Assembly: GCA_000388065.2 (NCBI GenBank)
Contig: KB932207.1
From: Fonticula alba ATCC 38817
Lineage: Eukaryota; Protista; Nucleariida
Length of the DNA stretch: 64,000 nt
Strand: one strand, 5' to 3'
Part shown: piece by piece, positions 9,468-21,200 of the stretch
How positions within the stretch are numbered: position 1 is the stretch's first letter
Layout of the letters: each line of letters begins with the position of its first letter
The notes under the pieces: generated by a model
Seen by the model: the letters and a program-made list of their open reading frames with translations, nothing else
What the model was told of the DNA's origin: nothing
The model's database searches: none
Program-made: the position numbers and the translations under genes

Positions 9468-12006
9468 ACCCCCCTGCTGCGGAGCTCCCGCAGCACCTGA
9501 TCGTCATGGTCCGCTCGCACCGGGAGGACGTCAATGCCCTGCGGGAAAGCCAGCGCGCGCCCGGGGCCGGCCTGACGCCAGGGCATCTCCGGCGGCTGGA
9601 CCCCCTGGCCTCGCCGGGGTTCGCCCCGCCCGACGAGGCGGCCGGCCCGCTGGGGTCCTCCTCGACGTCGCTCTTCTACTATGCGGATTCGCACCTGTCG
9701 CTGGACCTGGCGTCGGGGCCGGCCTCACCGGCCTCCGGGGCCCCGGGGCATGGGGCTGCCGGGGCCCCGGGCGGCATCCGCTCCTCCCTGTCCTTCTCGC
9801 TGATGTCGCCCCTGTCCTCGGCCTTCCCCTCGCCGTCGCCGTCTCTGGGCCTGCTGGCCGGCGGGGCCAGCAAGTCCTCCATGCCCTGGCTGCAGCTGAT
9901 CCCCTATGACAAGCGCCTGCGCATGGAGTTTTCCTCGCAGCGCCTGCTGATGATCCGGCCCGGGCGCCTGCCGGCCGTGTCCCAGGGCACTCGGGTGCTG
10001 CCCCTGTCGCACGCCGGCCAGGGCCTGGCCAGCCTGCTGCCCCTGTCGATGCTCGATGCGGAAGCCCCCGGGGCCGATGGGCCCTCTCGTGGGCCCGCTT
10101 CGCCGGCTGCCGGTGACTCGGGCCCCCCGACGCAGCAGCAGCAGCAGCAGCAGGCGGACTCGGCCCCGGCATCCCCCTCGCTGGCGCTCAGCGACCCGGA
10201 GAGCGGCCTGGCCATGCTCTTCCAGCGGGTTGGCGATGCCATCGGTGCGTCGCTGAATGCACGCATCCGCCGGCTGGAGGCCCTGCGGCAGGATGCCGGC
10301 CGCGAGTTCCTGGCCCTCCTGCGACAGGTGGACCGGGCCCGGTCACCGCCGGCTTCCGGCAGCCCCGGCGGCCAGGAAGCCCCCCCCCCGGCGGCGGCGG
10401 CCATTCACCAAGTCCTGGTGCACTACTTCCGGCTGGTGGCCCTGTGCGATGCGCTGGCCGGGGCGGTGCGGATGTGCTCGCCGGAGCTGGCCCCGGCCGG
10501 GACCCAGGACATTGTGGAGCTCCGTCGGATCCAGGTGGCCGGGGCCGGGCGCTTCCGCTCGGCCATCGACCTGTTCCTGCTCCTGGACGGGCCGGCGGTG
10601 CGTGCCACCTGCCGGGCCCTTTGGTACCATGCGCTCGGGGTGTGGGCGCACCAGCTGGCCTGCGATGCCCTGGGGCCCTGGCTGTCCGAGCGCCCGACGC
10701 ACCTGTTCGCCAGCTCCTCCCAAGTGGACCTCTTCGCCGAGGAGTGGAATGCCGGGCACCGGCACCTGCAGCTGATCTATGACCAGGCGGCGCTGGTGGA
10801 CCGAGCGCTGGCGGACCGGGGTGCATCCGAGCCGGCCGGCGACCTGCGCATGTGCGCCATCTTGCTGGTCTTCTCCCAATCGGTGCACGCCCAGCGCCAG
10901 TGCCAAATCCTCGGCAGCCTGCTTGCCCGGTTGACGCGGATCATCGGGCCGCGGCTGTACTCCATGCGGGCGCCGCCCGGGCATACCATCCGCCGCGTGG
11001 AGGAACTCCCACGGACCCTGCTGGCCGACGTGGTGGCGCCCCTGCTGAATACGGCCATCGGCCAGGTGGTGAGCGACCACTCCGGCGTGCTGATGGTCCG
11101 GGCGATGTTGCTGCACAATTTCGTCCGGTCGGCCCAAATCCGCAGCACGCACTCCAGCGCCGACGGGGCGACCAGCGCGGATCTGGCGGCCGATCCGGCG
11201 GCCCTGTCGGCCGAGTACTTCGGCCCCTCGGACCTGGCCATTCACTCGCTGAAGTCCGCGCGCCGGGCCCTGCGCAGCTTGCGCCGGTCGTTTGACATCT
11301 CCCCGGACCAGGGCCGGCTGACTATCTTCACCAACAGCCGGGACTTCGTCGAGCAGTCGCTCTTCAGCCAGCGCGACCAGCTGACGCGGCTCATCCAGCG
11401 CTCGGTCTACTGGATTGGCCAGCGGCACCAGTGGCTGTGCCCGCCGGTGCCGCCGGCCCACCCGCCCGGCACCCCCCCCGGGGATGATGACCTCCACAGC
11501 CCCTACCACACGCCCGGCGCGTCGGCCATGCTCTTTGCCCGGATGTCCGCCCCGCCGGGTCTGGCGCACATGTCCCCGGCCGAGCGCGACAGCCACCTGG
11601 ACTTCTTGGTGGCCTTCGAGGTGCGCCGCCTGTCGTCCCCCCGGCCGGCCCCCCTTTGGGGCGGTCCTCCTTCTGGTGTTTTTTTGTTTTTTTTTTTTGC
11701 TCATCCTCCCTGCCTGCGCTCCCTGCCCCCGCCACCGCGACCCCCCCCCCCCCCCCCCCCCCGGCTCCCGGTGGACACTCGCCCATGCGTACGCGCGCGC
11801 GCGCGCGCGCCTCTCCTGCCCCCCATTTCCCCCACAGTACTGGACGGCCCGGGCCATTGTCACGGTTGCCGCGCGACATGCATCCTTCAGCGGCCTGTCC
11901 TTGGCGTCGAATCTCACCTCCAGTGGCATGGTGGCCCAGCTGATGGAGCAGCTGGTGTCCTTCTTCCTGTGCGTTATCTTTTTGTTGGTGCCCCTTTCCC
12001 GGCTCT

Positions 12007-12048
<42 letters not shown>

Positions 12049-15000
12049 ATGTCGCTGCCAGTGCCAGTACCGGTGCCGGTGCCGGTGCCGGTGCCGGTGG
12101 TGGCTCCGGCCGCCTCGGGCTCCCTCGGCCAATGGGTCTGCCACTGACGTCTCTCATTGTCCCCCCCCCCCCCGCCCGGCCCCTCCGCCGGTCCAATCCG
12201 AATGCCTGACACCATGCGACCCGGTGCCAGCGCTTCGGGCCAGCTCTTCCGGGCATTGGACTTGCTGCACACGCTGGCGGCGCACCACCTGACAGGGGCC
12301 CCGCTCGGCCTGACCTCCTTCACCCGGTCGCTGACCATTATCCAACCGGCCAAGGCCGATGCGGTCCTCGAGGCCCAGTCGGCCGATGTGCCGGCCGACG
12401 TGCTGGCCACCATGCGGCGGACCCTCTTTGATGGCCTGCTCGGGCGGGACTTCAGCATGCAGCGGCCAGTGCGCCCGGCGCTGGCCCTGCGGGCACTCGG
12501 CCTGGCGGCCGCGGCCTGGGGCTCGGTGGCCGCTCTGCCGCACGTGTCCACCCACAGCAAGCAAGCCTGCCTGGAGATGCAGGTGCAGCTGGGGCTGCTG
12601 TGTGCGCGGCTGGTGGCCGCGGTCTCTCGCAGCCCGGCCCTCAGCCGGGTGTCCCGCGCGTGGCTGGAGGACGCGGTGCGCGCGGCCCTGGCATATAGCT
12701 CGCTGTCGGCCGGCCCGGGCGCGGCCCTGACGCACCCGGTGTCCTCGCTCTTCGGGCTGGCGGTGGATGCCCGGCCGAAGAACATCATCTTCCTGCCGCC
12801 GGTGGCCAGCCCCATGTCCGCGGCCGGGCCCGAGTCGGCGCCCGAGGCCGTTTCCCTGCCCCCAAGCCCCGGGTGTCTGGTGAACTTCAGCCTGCAGGCC
12901 CTACCGGCGGAGGAGTCCCCCTTGGAGGCGGCTCTCCGCCCGGCCGCCGGGCAGCACCTGCCGGCGGACTTGGGCCTGCTGCGTGCGCGGCCGGTGGGCC
13001 GCCTGGCAGCCGGGGCTGCTGGCGCCGCTGCCCGGGCGGGCGATGTCGGGCTGCTGGTGCGCGTGTGCGCGCCGCAGCTCGACGGCGCGGTGGACCTGTC
13101 AGGCGCCCGGGTGCGCATTGGCTTCCACAGCGTCGAGTCGACCCAGCTGAAGCTGGAGTCCCTGTCGCCGTATCTCGGGCCGGTGTTCGGGCAGATGGCC
13201 CCCCTGGCGGCTGGGTCGCTGTCGGGGGCCCTGATCCGGGCGGACCAGGCTCCGGCCGCCTGGGGCGTGGCCCCGGCTCCCGGGGAGTTTGTCGCGCTGG
13301 TTTCATGCTCGGTACGTTGGCCGGCAGTTGCAGCCGCCGGGGGGCCGGCTCCCTTTTCCGGCCCGCCGCGCCCCTGGCAGTGCTTCACCCTCTGGCTGTC
13401 TTGCCCTCGACCCTTCGCTCGGCCGCCAGCCGGCTCCCCGACTGCCGTTCGCTGACACGACCGCCATCTCCGGCCCCCTGCCGGTGCTTTTTCCCTCCCT
13501 CCCTCCCTCCCTCTCTCTCTCTCCCCCTCTCTGGATCGGCGCGTGCGCGTGCCCGGCAAATGCAGCCCGAGGTCCTCGGCACCGGCCGGGCCATTCGCTT
13601 CATTGCTCTCGAATTGGCGGCGGCGGATCACCACTCCGGCGCGGCCTTCCTCCAATTGGAGGCCACCATCCCCTACCGGTCCACCAAGCACGGCGCCCAC
13701 TTCGAGCCGCAGCGCATCCTGGCGCCGGGGTCGGCGGACGCCGGGGCCGCCTGCCAGCCTGCCGGGCCCCAGCGCATCACCCTGGCCGTGGTCGATCCGT
13801 CGGAAGTGCCCGGGCAGCTGGGGTTCCCCGGCGGCCGGGCCACCGACGACGCCGTGTGGCTGGCCGCGCGCATCCGCCGGACCGACTCGCCCTTCGACAT
13901 GATCCGGCTGGCATTGCCGCCGGTGTGCGATGGCCACTGCCTGGCCGGGGCTGACCCCCGCCCGGGCGAGCACCATGGCGATTGCCCGGATCGCCAAGGC
14001 CCGGCCTTCGAGCCGGGCGCCTGGGTGCGGTTCTTCTCCGGCCGGTCGGCCGAGCTGCCCTCTGCCAGCGGGGGCCCGTCGGCCAGCGTGGCCGGCGATG
14101 CGGCCGCCCGGGTGGACCACACCCCGATCACACTCGATGTGTTGAAGAACAGCGCCGGGCGCATTGCCCTCACCCGGCCCGGGGCTCTGCTCGCCGGGGG
14201 CAGCGAGTGCGACCGGCTGGACCTCTTCGTGCGGGTTGCCCTGCCCGCTCGGGACCCCCGCCGGGCGGATGTTCGCCGACGCCTGGCCGAGGCTCGGCCG
14301 GCGCCCGGGGCCGGGGCCGGGGCCGGCCGCCCGGCCCCGCGGCTGACCGCCTTCGCGGTGCTCGACAGTGTCGACGGCGCCGGGCCCGGGGCCGAGCCGG
14401 CTCCCCTGTCGGCTGCGGTGGCTGCCTGCCCGGTCCCGGCGCGGGTGCTGCCTTTGCTCCGCTGCCCGGAGGTCCGGATCCACTATCAGCCCAAGCACCG
14501 GCTTCTGGCTGTGGCCACCCTCCAGGCTCCGCTCGGCAAGTGCTGCCCCTCGCTGGCCGGGGTGTTTGTGTCGTCCTGCGGCCTGCGGGTGCCCTGGCGT
14601 GACGATTTGGTGGCCGGCGCCCCGGGCACCGGCCCCACCCCCGGGGCCCTGGCGCACTGGCCCCTGGCCGCGCCCGAGGGCGGCTTCTTCCTGGCGGCGG
14701 GCATGTCGCGCGCCCTGCTCTTCGACCTGCGTGCGTCCTGCTCTGCCCCTCTGGCGCGCCTGTCTCTCGGCTCCGCGAGCCAATTCCTCCCCCCCCCCCC
14801 CACCCGAACCTGGCCCCTGCTGACACCCTCCTCCCATTCCCTGGCCCACTTCCCCCCGTCCCCTCCACACACACACACACACACACCCAAAGCTGTCTCC
14901 GACCAGCACCCCTTCCTGGTGCTGGCGGCCTACTTCAAGAAGGTATACATCGAGGATGGCACCGCCTGCCGGCACTGTCGGGCCTCCGGCGGCCTGCGAG

Positions 15001-15942
15001 TAGCCGGCTCCATGCGGGCCTCGCCGGCCGAGGAGGCCGCCCTGCTCGCGGCGCGGCCGACCGATGCCGCCCCTTCCGACGCCTGGCTCCTCTCGCGCAG
15101 CCTCATCCAGCTCCCGGTCATCACCGTACGTGCCCCCCAGGCGCCCTGTGCCTCCCGTGCCCAGATGCACGCACACACACACACACACACACATGCGGGC
15201 ACATGCCCCCCCCCCCNNNNNNNNNNNNNNNNNNNNNNNNNNNNNNNNNNNNNNNNNNNNNNNNNNNNNNNNNNNCCGGCCGTAGATTCAGGCAACCGCC
15301 ACATGGTGTGCGACCGAGCAGCCGGGACCCATGCCCTCGGGCAACTGCCTGGCCGCTGGGGGCCTCGGCAGCAGCCTGCCGCTGTATTGCCAGCTGGACT
15401 TGCGCTTCTTCGACACCCCCCCCCGGCCCGGGCCCTGGCGCCTGCTGCTGACCCTCCACTCGCCGGATCTCACCTTGTGTGGCCCGGTGCAGCAGGTCAT
15501 CAGCGTTCCGCCAGGCGCCGGGGCCGCCGACGGCCCGGCCTGGCGGACCACCATCTCGCTGGAGGTGCTCAATATGGCGGCCCTCATCACGGCCCACCCC
15601 AAGCCCAGCACCCACTCGCTGCCGGAGATCCGCCTCATTCCCCTGGGCCCGGAGGACAACGTGGTCACCGGCCGCAGTGCGGCCCTCCACTGTGCGGCCC
15701 TCCGCCATCCTCACAACCCGGAGATCACCGGTGCCACTGGGGCCCCGGCGGCGGCGGCCGCCGCCGCCGCCGCGGCCGCCGGTCGTGCCGGCCGGCGCGC
15801 TTGGAAGGGTGCCGCCGCCGGGGGCACGGCGGCCGGGCCGGCGGCCCCCTCGGGCCCCGGCGAATTTGGGCTGGTGCAGCCGCTCGATTGCTCGGTGGCT
15901 TTGCGCGTCGTCAACTCGCACATGACCGTGTCCTTCAGTTAA
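7128..15942 (+). CDS. TRS130: TRAPPII subunit Trs130/TRAPPC10-like protein, 8 exons (7128-7620, 7757-8826, 9053-11620, 11838-11968, 12231-13311, 13566-14730, 14893-15125, 15286-15942), about 2465 aa
   Basis: All junctions are GT-AG with consistent phase (7398 nt, in frame). The spliced segments IVTYYDPFGHWPFIAKELESH and PVLHLFVIGAQDDIKYQDLRLIIRNW resemble recalled fungal Trs130 N-terminal motifs (V.Y.DP.G..P.I...L...L; PYL.IY...CDD.D.YK...R..IREW). These are followed by a helical region and beta-rich C-terminal segments. Family assignment is by recall, not a search. Confidence 0.55.
12008..12098. repeat. Compound hexamer microsatellite (GTGTCG)n then (GGTGCC)n inside intron 4 of the TRS130-like gene
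   Basis: Visible tandem units between donor 11969 and acceptor 12230. Confidence 0.9.
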
Positions 15943-17471
15943 GACAGTTAATACACCCCACCTTCTGGCAGCTGTCCATCTGATTGCGGGCGAAGTCGCC
16001 CTGCCAGTGGCCGGCCTGCGGGCCGGCGACCGGGTGCCTTCTCTGCCAGTTCCATTTTTTTTTGTCATTTTTGTTGAGGGGTGTGAATGTCGGGCGGCGC
16101 GGAGGGGGGTGGGCGGAATGCTTCGCTGGATGCCACAGGGGGCCCGGCGGACGGGTCCGAGCCCACCGTCCTCGGCTCGGTGCATGGGTGGGGGTGGGGG
16201 TGTGTCTATGTGTGTGTGCGTGTGTGTGTGTGTGTATGTCTCTTTCACGGGCCCGCGGCGCCAGTCATCTCAAGGCCCGGGGTGATCGAGCAGGGCCGCG
16301 CGTCCCCCCTGATCCCGGCGGTGGCCCCCTGTACTCTTGGGCTCGCGCTCGGGCCTTCCCCGGAGGCCGGAGGGCGAGGGCCATCAGGGACACGGTCTGG
16401 GGCTTCTGCCCAGCCCCCGCTACCCTCCCCCCTTGTGGTGTCGGGCCCTTCTCCAAGACAGGGCATTCGGGTGATGGCCAATCGAACTGACGCGAGATGT
16501 CGAGGCGCGATCTCACGGGGGGCGGGATTCAGAGTCTGGGACGCCGACTTGTTATTATCGCCCCCCCCGGGTAGCCGGCGGCCGGGTACCAGCGGCCGGC
16601 CCGAGTGTCCCCGGCCCCTCATGGCAACCAGCCGCGCCAACTGCCCGCAGTGCGATCGACGGGAGCTCCGGCCCGACCCGTGGCCCCTCGCTGACCAAGC
16701 CCCGATGATGACTGCTGACTCGGCGGTCTAACCAATCTCGGCACAGAGCAGCGGATAGTGGGCGTGTTTGTGTGTGTGCGTGTGTGTGGGGGGGGGGGGG
16801 GNNNNNNNNNNNNNNNNNNNNNNNNNNNNNNNNNNNNNNNNNNNNNNNNNNNNNNNNNNNNNNNNNNNNNNNNNNNNNNNNNNNNNNNNNNNNNNNNNNN
16901 NNNNNNNNNNNNNNNNNNNNNNNNNNNNNNNNNNNNNNNNNNNNNNNNNNNNNNNNNNNNNNNNNNNNNNNNNNNNNNNNNNNNNNNNNNNNNNNNNNNN
17001 NNNNNNNNNNNNNNNNNNNNNNNNNNNNNNNNNNNNNNNNNNNNNNNNNNNNNNNNNNNNNNNNNNNNNNNNNNNNNNNNNNNNNNNNNNNNNNNNNNNN
17101 NNNNNNNNNNNNNNNNNNNNNNNNNNNNNNNNNNNNNNNNNNNNNNNNNNNNNNNNNNNNNNNNNNNNNNNNNNNNNNNNNNNNNNNNNNNNNNNNNNNN
17201 NNNNNNNNNNNNNNNNNNNNNNNNNNNNNNNNNNNNNNNNNNNNNNNNNNNNNNNNNNNNNNNNNNNNNNNNNNNNNNNNNNNNNNNNNNNNNNNNNNNN
17301 NNNNNNNNNNNNNNNNNNNNNNNNNNNNNNNNNNNNNNNNNNNNNNNNNNNNNNNNNNNNNNNNNNNNNNNNNNNNNNNNNNNNNNNNNNNNNNNNNNNN
17401 NNNNNNNNNNNNNNNNNNNNNNNNNNGACTGGCCCTTTGCTTGCCCATAACCGGCCGCTCCCAGGGCAGAC

Positions 17472-18182
17472 ATGTCCATCCTCGGCAAGAACCACCCCTT
17501 CCGCATCCGGATCGTGACCGATGGAAAGCTCGGCGAGCTGGAGCGCCGGGAGGCGCAGCGCGCGGCCCTGATCGGCATCCACGGCTGCGGGCGCCCGCGC
17601 TGCCGCGTGGACCAGGCCGTCGATGACATTCGCCAGACCATCGAAATCGTCACCGAGACGAGCTCCCTGCTGGAGAAGGACCCCGGCCTGCGGGAGCTCT
17701 TCTCGCCCTGCCGGCAGGCGCAGCGCGAGGAGCTACGCCGGCGGCGCCGCCGTCGCCAGCAGCAGCAGCAGCAGGACCACCACCACCACCACCACCACCA
17801 CCACCACCATCCCCACAGCCACCAGCAGCATGCCCGCGACTCGGAGCGCGATGGCGACTTCCGCAGCCACAGCGATCAGGGCTCGGACTCCGAGGCGAGC
17901 TTCTCCGACCGGACGGGCTCCGATTCGGAGGATGCAAGCCCGGGCCCGAGCCGGCGCGGGCGGCCGCGCCCGCAGCATGTGTGTGGCGAGGCCTGTGTCA
18001 ATGCCTCCGGCCAGGACATCGAGCTGCGCGTCCCTCTGCGCCGTGCCGCTTACCCAGGCAGCACCGTCGGTGGGGGGGCCGAGCAGGACGGCTACGATGG
18101 CGATGACGACCGGTACTGGGAGCGAGGCTTTTTCGAGCACATCGGCCAGCGGCCGGCGGGCGATCCCACGGCCTGCGACCAT

Positions 18183-18229
<47 letters not shown>

Positions 18230-21200
18230 GGACCGGCATGGCCGCCAGTCGCGAGAACGGCGCCTGCAATCCCGCCACCGAGACGAAGACGCCGGCGCCG
18301 ATGGCCGCCAGCCTGGCCGGGCCCGTGGCACCCGGGCCCGGACTCGGGCCCGCTCGCCGCTCCTGTCCCCGGAGGCGCCCGGCCTCGGGCGCCTCCAGCC
18401 CCCCTCCACGCCCTTCGGCCTGGGGACCGATGAGCACCTGCCGGCCGATGAGGAGGAGCTCATCTACCGCCGCCTGGCGGAGGACCAACTGTCACAAGTG
18501 TTCTTCACGTGGATCCCCCAGTCGAGTCGGGCGGCTCGGCGCTCGAGCACCGTCGCCCGCCGGGCCAGCGGTACGGCTCGCTCCTTTTTTCTTTTTTTTG
18601 CTCCTTGCGCCTCCTTTTCCCTCCTCGCCTGCCGAGCACGCCACCAAGCCCCAGCTCGGCCCATGGTGTGCCCGCCTTGCACCCTCTCGGGCCCGGGGAC
18701 CGGGGGGCGGTGGGGGGGGGCCTCGCCTGTTCGCGGCCGCGCATGCCGATGGCCAGGCCGCGAGGGGGCCCCCCTGCCGCCTGGCCTCCCTCCCCGCCCC
18801 GGCCGCCCCTCCAGCAGCCATGTGGCCGCCTACTGACGAGCTTGTCCCGGGGCCCAGCCGACGAGAGCGACTTCTCCAGCGACGAGGAGGGGGAAATGCC
18901 CCAGGCCGAGGATGATGCCCAGCCGGGGCCCGGCGGCATGGATGCCCGCCATGCCGCCGGGCCCCGGCGCCCGGAGGCCCTCTTGCCGTGCCCCTGCCCG
19001 GATGCGGACTGCGAGTGTCACATTCTCAGCCAGACGCTGCGCCGGCGGCGGGCCACGCTCGAGCTGTCGGCCGATCGGCGCCCGGCCGCCGGGCCCGGCA
19101 GCAAGCTCGGGCCCGGCGACGATTCGGACATCCGCGGCCTGCTGAACCGGCCGGTGGAGGCGGCCCTCTTTTGCCCGGACTGCCGGCTGAGCTGCCTGGT
19201 GCCGCACGAGCGCCAGCCCGGGCGCCGGGGGCCGGCCCGGCGCGAAGCCCGCCCCCGGCCCGGCCCGCCCCCGGCCCTGGACCAGAACCACCAGCATGAG
19301 GATGATGTGCGCGAGGCCACCGGCCAGGCCCTGGCCCTGGCGCACCTGCAGGACTCCGGGTCCCCGGTGACCGACGAGATGTCGCTCTTCATCGCGGCCG
19401 GCGGCGCGGTGCCGGACGCCGATGACTACGACTCGACGCACGGCGGGCACTGGCACGACTTCGGCCGGGTGGCGCGCCGGCATCCGCCCAGCGTCTGCAC
19501 CGGGTGCCAGCTGTGCCGCGGCAGCAGCGTCGGCGAGGAACTCATCCGCAAGGCGCTGCTGGTGCTGGCCGGGCGCGATGCCAAGGCGCGCGAGCGCCTG
19601 CGCCGCCAGCTGGAAGACCACTCGAATGCCGCGGCCGCGGTGCTGGCCCTCGGCGAGGAGGGCCACCCCCATGACCCGGGTGTCAGCGGCTGCGACGACC
19701 TGCTCGGCGACGAGAGCGATGACATCACCCCGGACGACAGCGAGGAGGAGACCCTGACCGACAGCGACACCGATCCGGAGGACGACTCCGGCAGCCGGTC
19801 GGGCATGGGCGGCCCCGGAGGGGCGTTCGGCCAGGAAGACCCGGCCTGGGTCCGGTGCCAGTGCGGCATCGGGCCCGGCATCAGCCGCGAGGCGGTCCCC
19901 CGGGCCCGGGCCCACTCGTCGGTCCTGCACGCGGGTCAGAGCATCCTGCCGCCCGGGCGGCCGCACACCCCGGGCGAGTACATCCGCGCGGGGATGCGCC
20001 CGCCGGCCGCCCCGGCCGGCCAGCTGCTCGGGAGCTTCGTGTCCCCGGCCCCGGGCGGCGGCTTGCGCTTCCACACGGCCCCGGCCCCGGGGCAAGGGCC
20101 GGCCGCCCAGGGCCCCGGGCCCATGGCCGGGATCTTCTCGCCACCCGGGGGGACCGGCGGCCCGGGCCCCGGGCCCGGCGTCGACATCGGCCACGGGGCC
20201 GGGCCCGGGGCCCGGCGCGGCTCGGCGCCCACCGGCACCGCGCCCGGGCCCGGGGCCACCCACCGCCGGCCGCCACACGTCACCCCGGTCACCCAGCAGG
20301 CCGGCGAATTTGGCGAGGTGCTGCAAATCGCCGAGCGCATGTGGCGCGGCGACGCCGGCATGCTGAAGCGCGACTGCGTGTCGCCCACCGGGGCCCCCTG
20401 GTGCGAGCCGCAGCGCATCTCGCCGTTCCCCGGCTTCGCCGGGCCCACCGGCGCGCCGGATGCCGGGGTCGGCGGGGTCCACGGCCTACCCGGCATCAGC
20501 TGCTGGTTCATCCTCACCTTCGCCAATGTCACGGTCTTCGAGACGCCGGCCGGCTTGGTGCTGGTGGATTGCGGGCACTTTTCCTTCGCGCCGGCCATCA
20601 CTCGGTGCGTTTGGTGCTTGTCGTGGGTGCCGCCGGCCTGCCCCGGTGGCCGAGGGGGGGGGGGGGGCCTCTTGCGCCGTCGCCTCTTTGCCCGGGGCTG
20701 TGGCAGCTCGGCTGTCGGGTTTCGCCGGGCCTGCCAGCATCTGGCCGCTTGCCAGGCGCCTCCAGCCACTAACACCCGGGGACACTCATTCCCGGCCGGG
20801 GGGCGGCAAACGGATGGCCGGGGCGGGGGAAAAATCATACCCACACACCATGAAGGCGGCTTCGCGAGATCAGCCCGCTGCCCATCCGCGCGGTCATCCT
20901 GACGCACGGCCACGCGGACCATTGCACCGCGCTGCCGGAGATCGAGAGCTCCTTCCGGCAGACCGTGTCGCAGACGCTCTTCGCCGCGTCGCCCCAGAAG
21001 GTGCGCAACTCGCTGCACCTGGCGCAGGATGGCGGCGTCGGCATGGCGGCCCCGGCCGCGCCTGCCGACCCCGCGGCCGCCGACCCGCACGAGGGGGACC
21101 ACCTGTGCGCGGCGGCCGCCAGCCTGGTGGCCGACGGGGGGATTGTCGTCGTGTCGCACCGGTCGCTGCCCGGGCGCTTCGATCGGTATGGCCTCCTCCG

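Noticed and set aside
10700-10950. FAEEWNAGHRHLQLIYDQAALVDRAL resembles a cullin repeat helix
   Set aside because: It is a short amphipathic match only. No cullin homology or Nedd8 domain follows, and the N-terminal motifs fit Trs130/TRAPPC10 better.
11391-15194. 1267-aa minus-strand ORF, and similar long antisense ORFs (3209-5065, 27553-30387, 47088-49073, 52246-55770)
   Set aside because: Shadow frames opposite well-supported genes in about 70% GC DNA. They run through intronic microsatellites and contain no recognisable motifs.
16440-16730. C/D-box-like words (GTGATGG...CTGA; ATGATGA...CTGA)
   Set aside because: The first C box is imperfect, the second pair is only 3 nt apart, and no terminal stem or rRNA guide could be identified.
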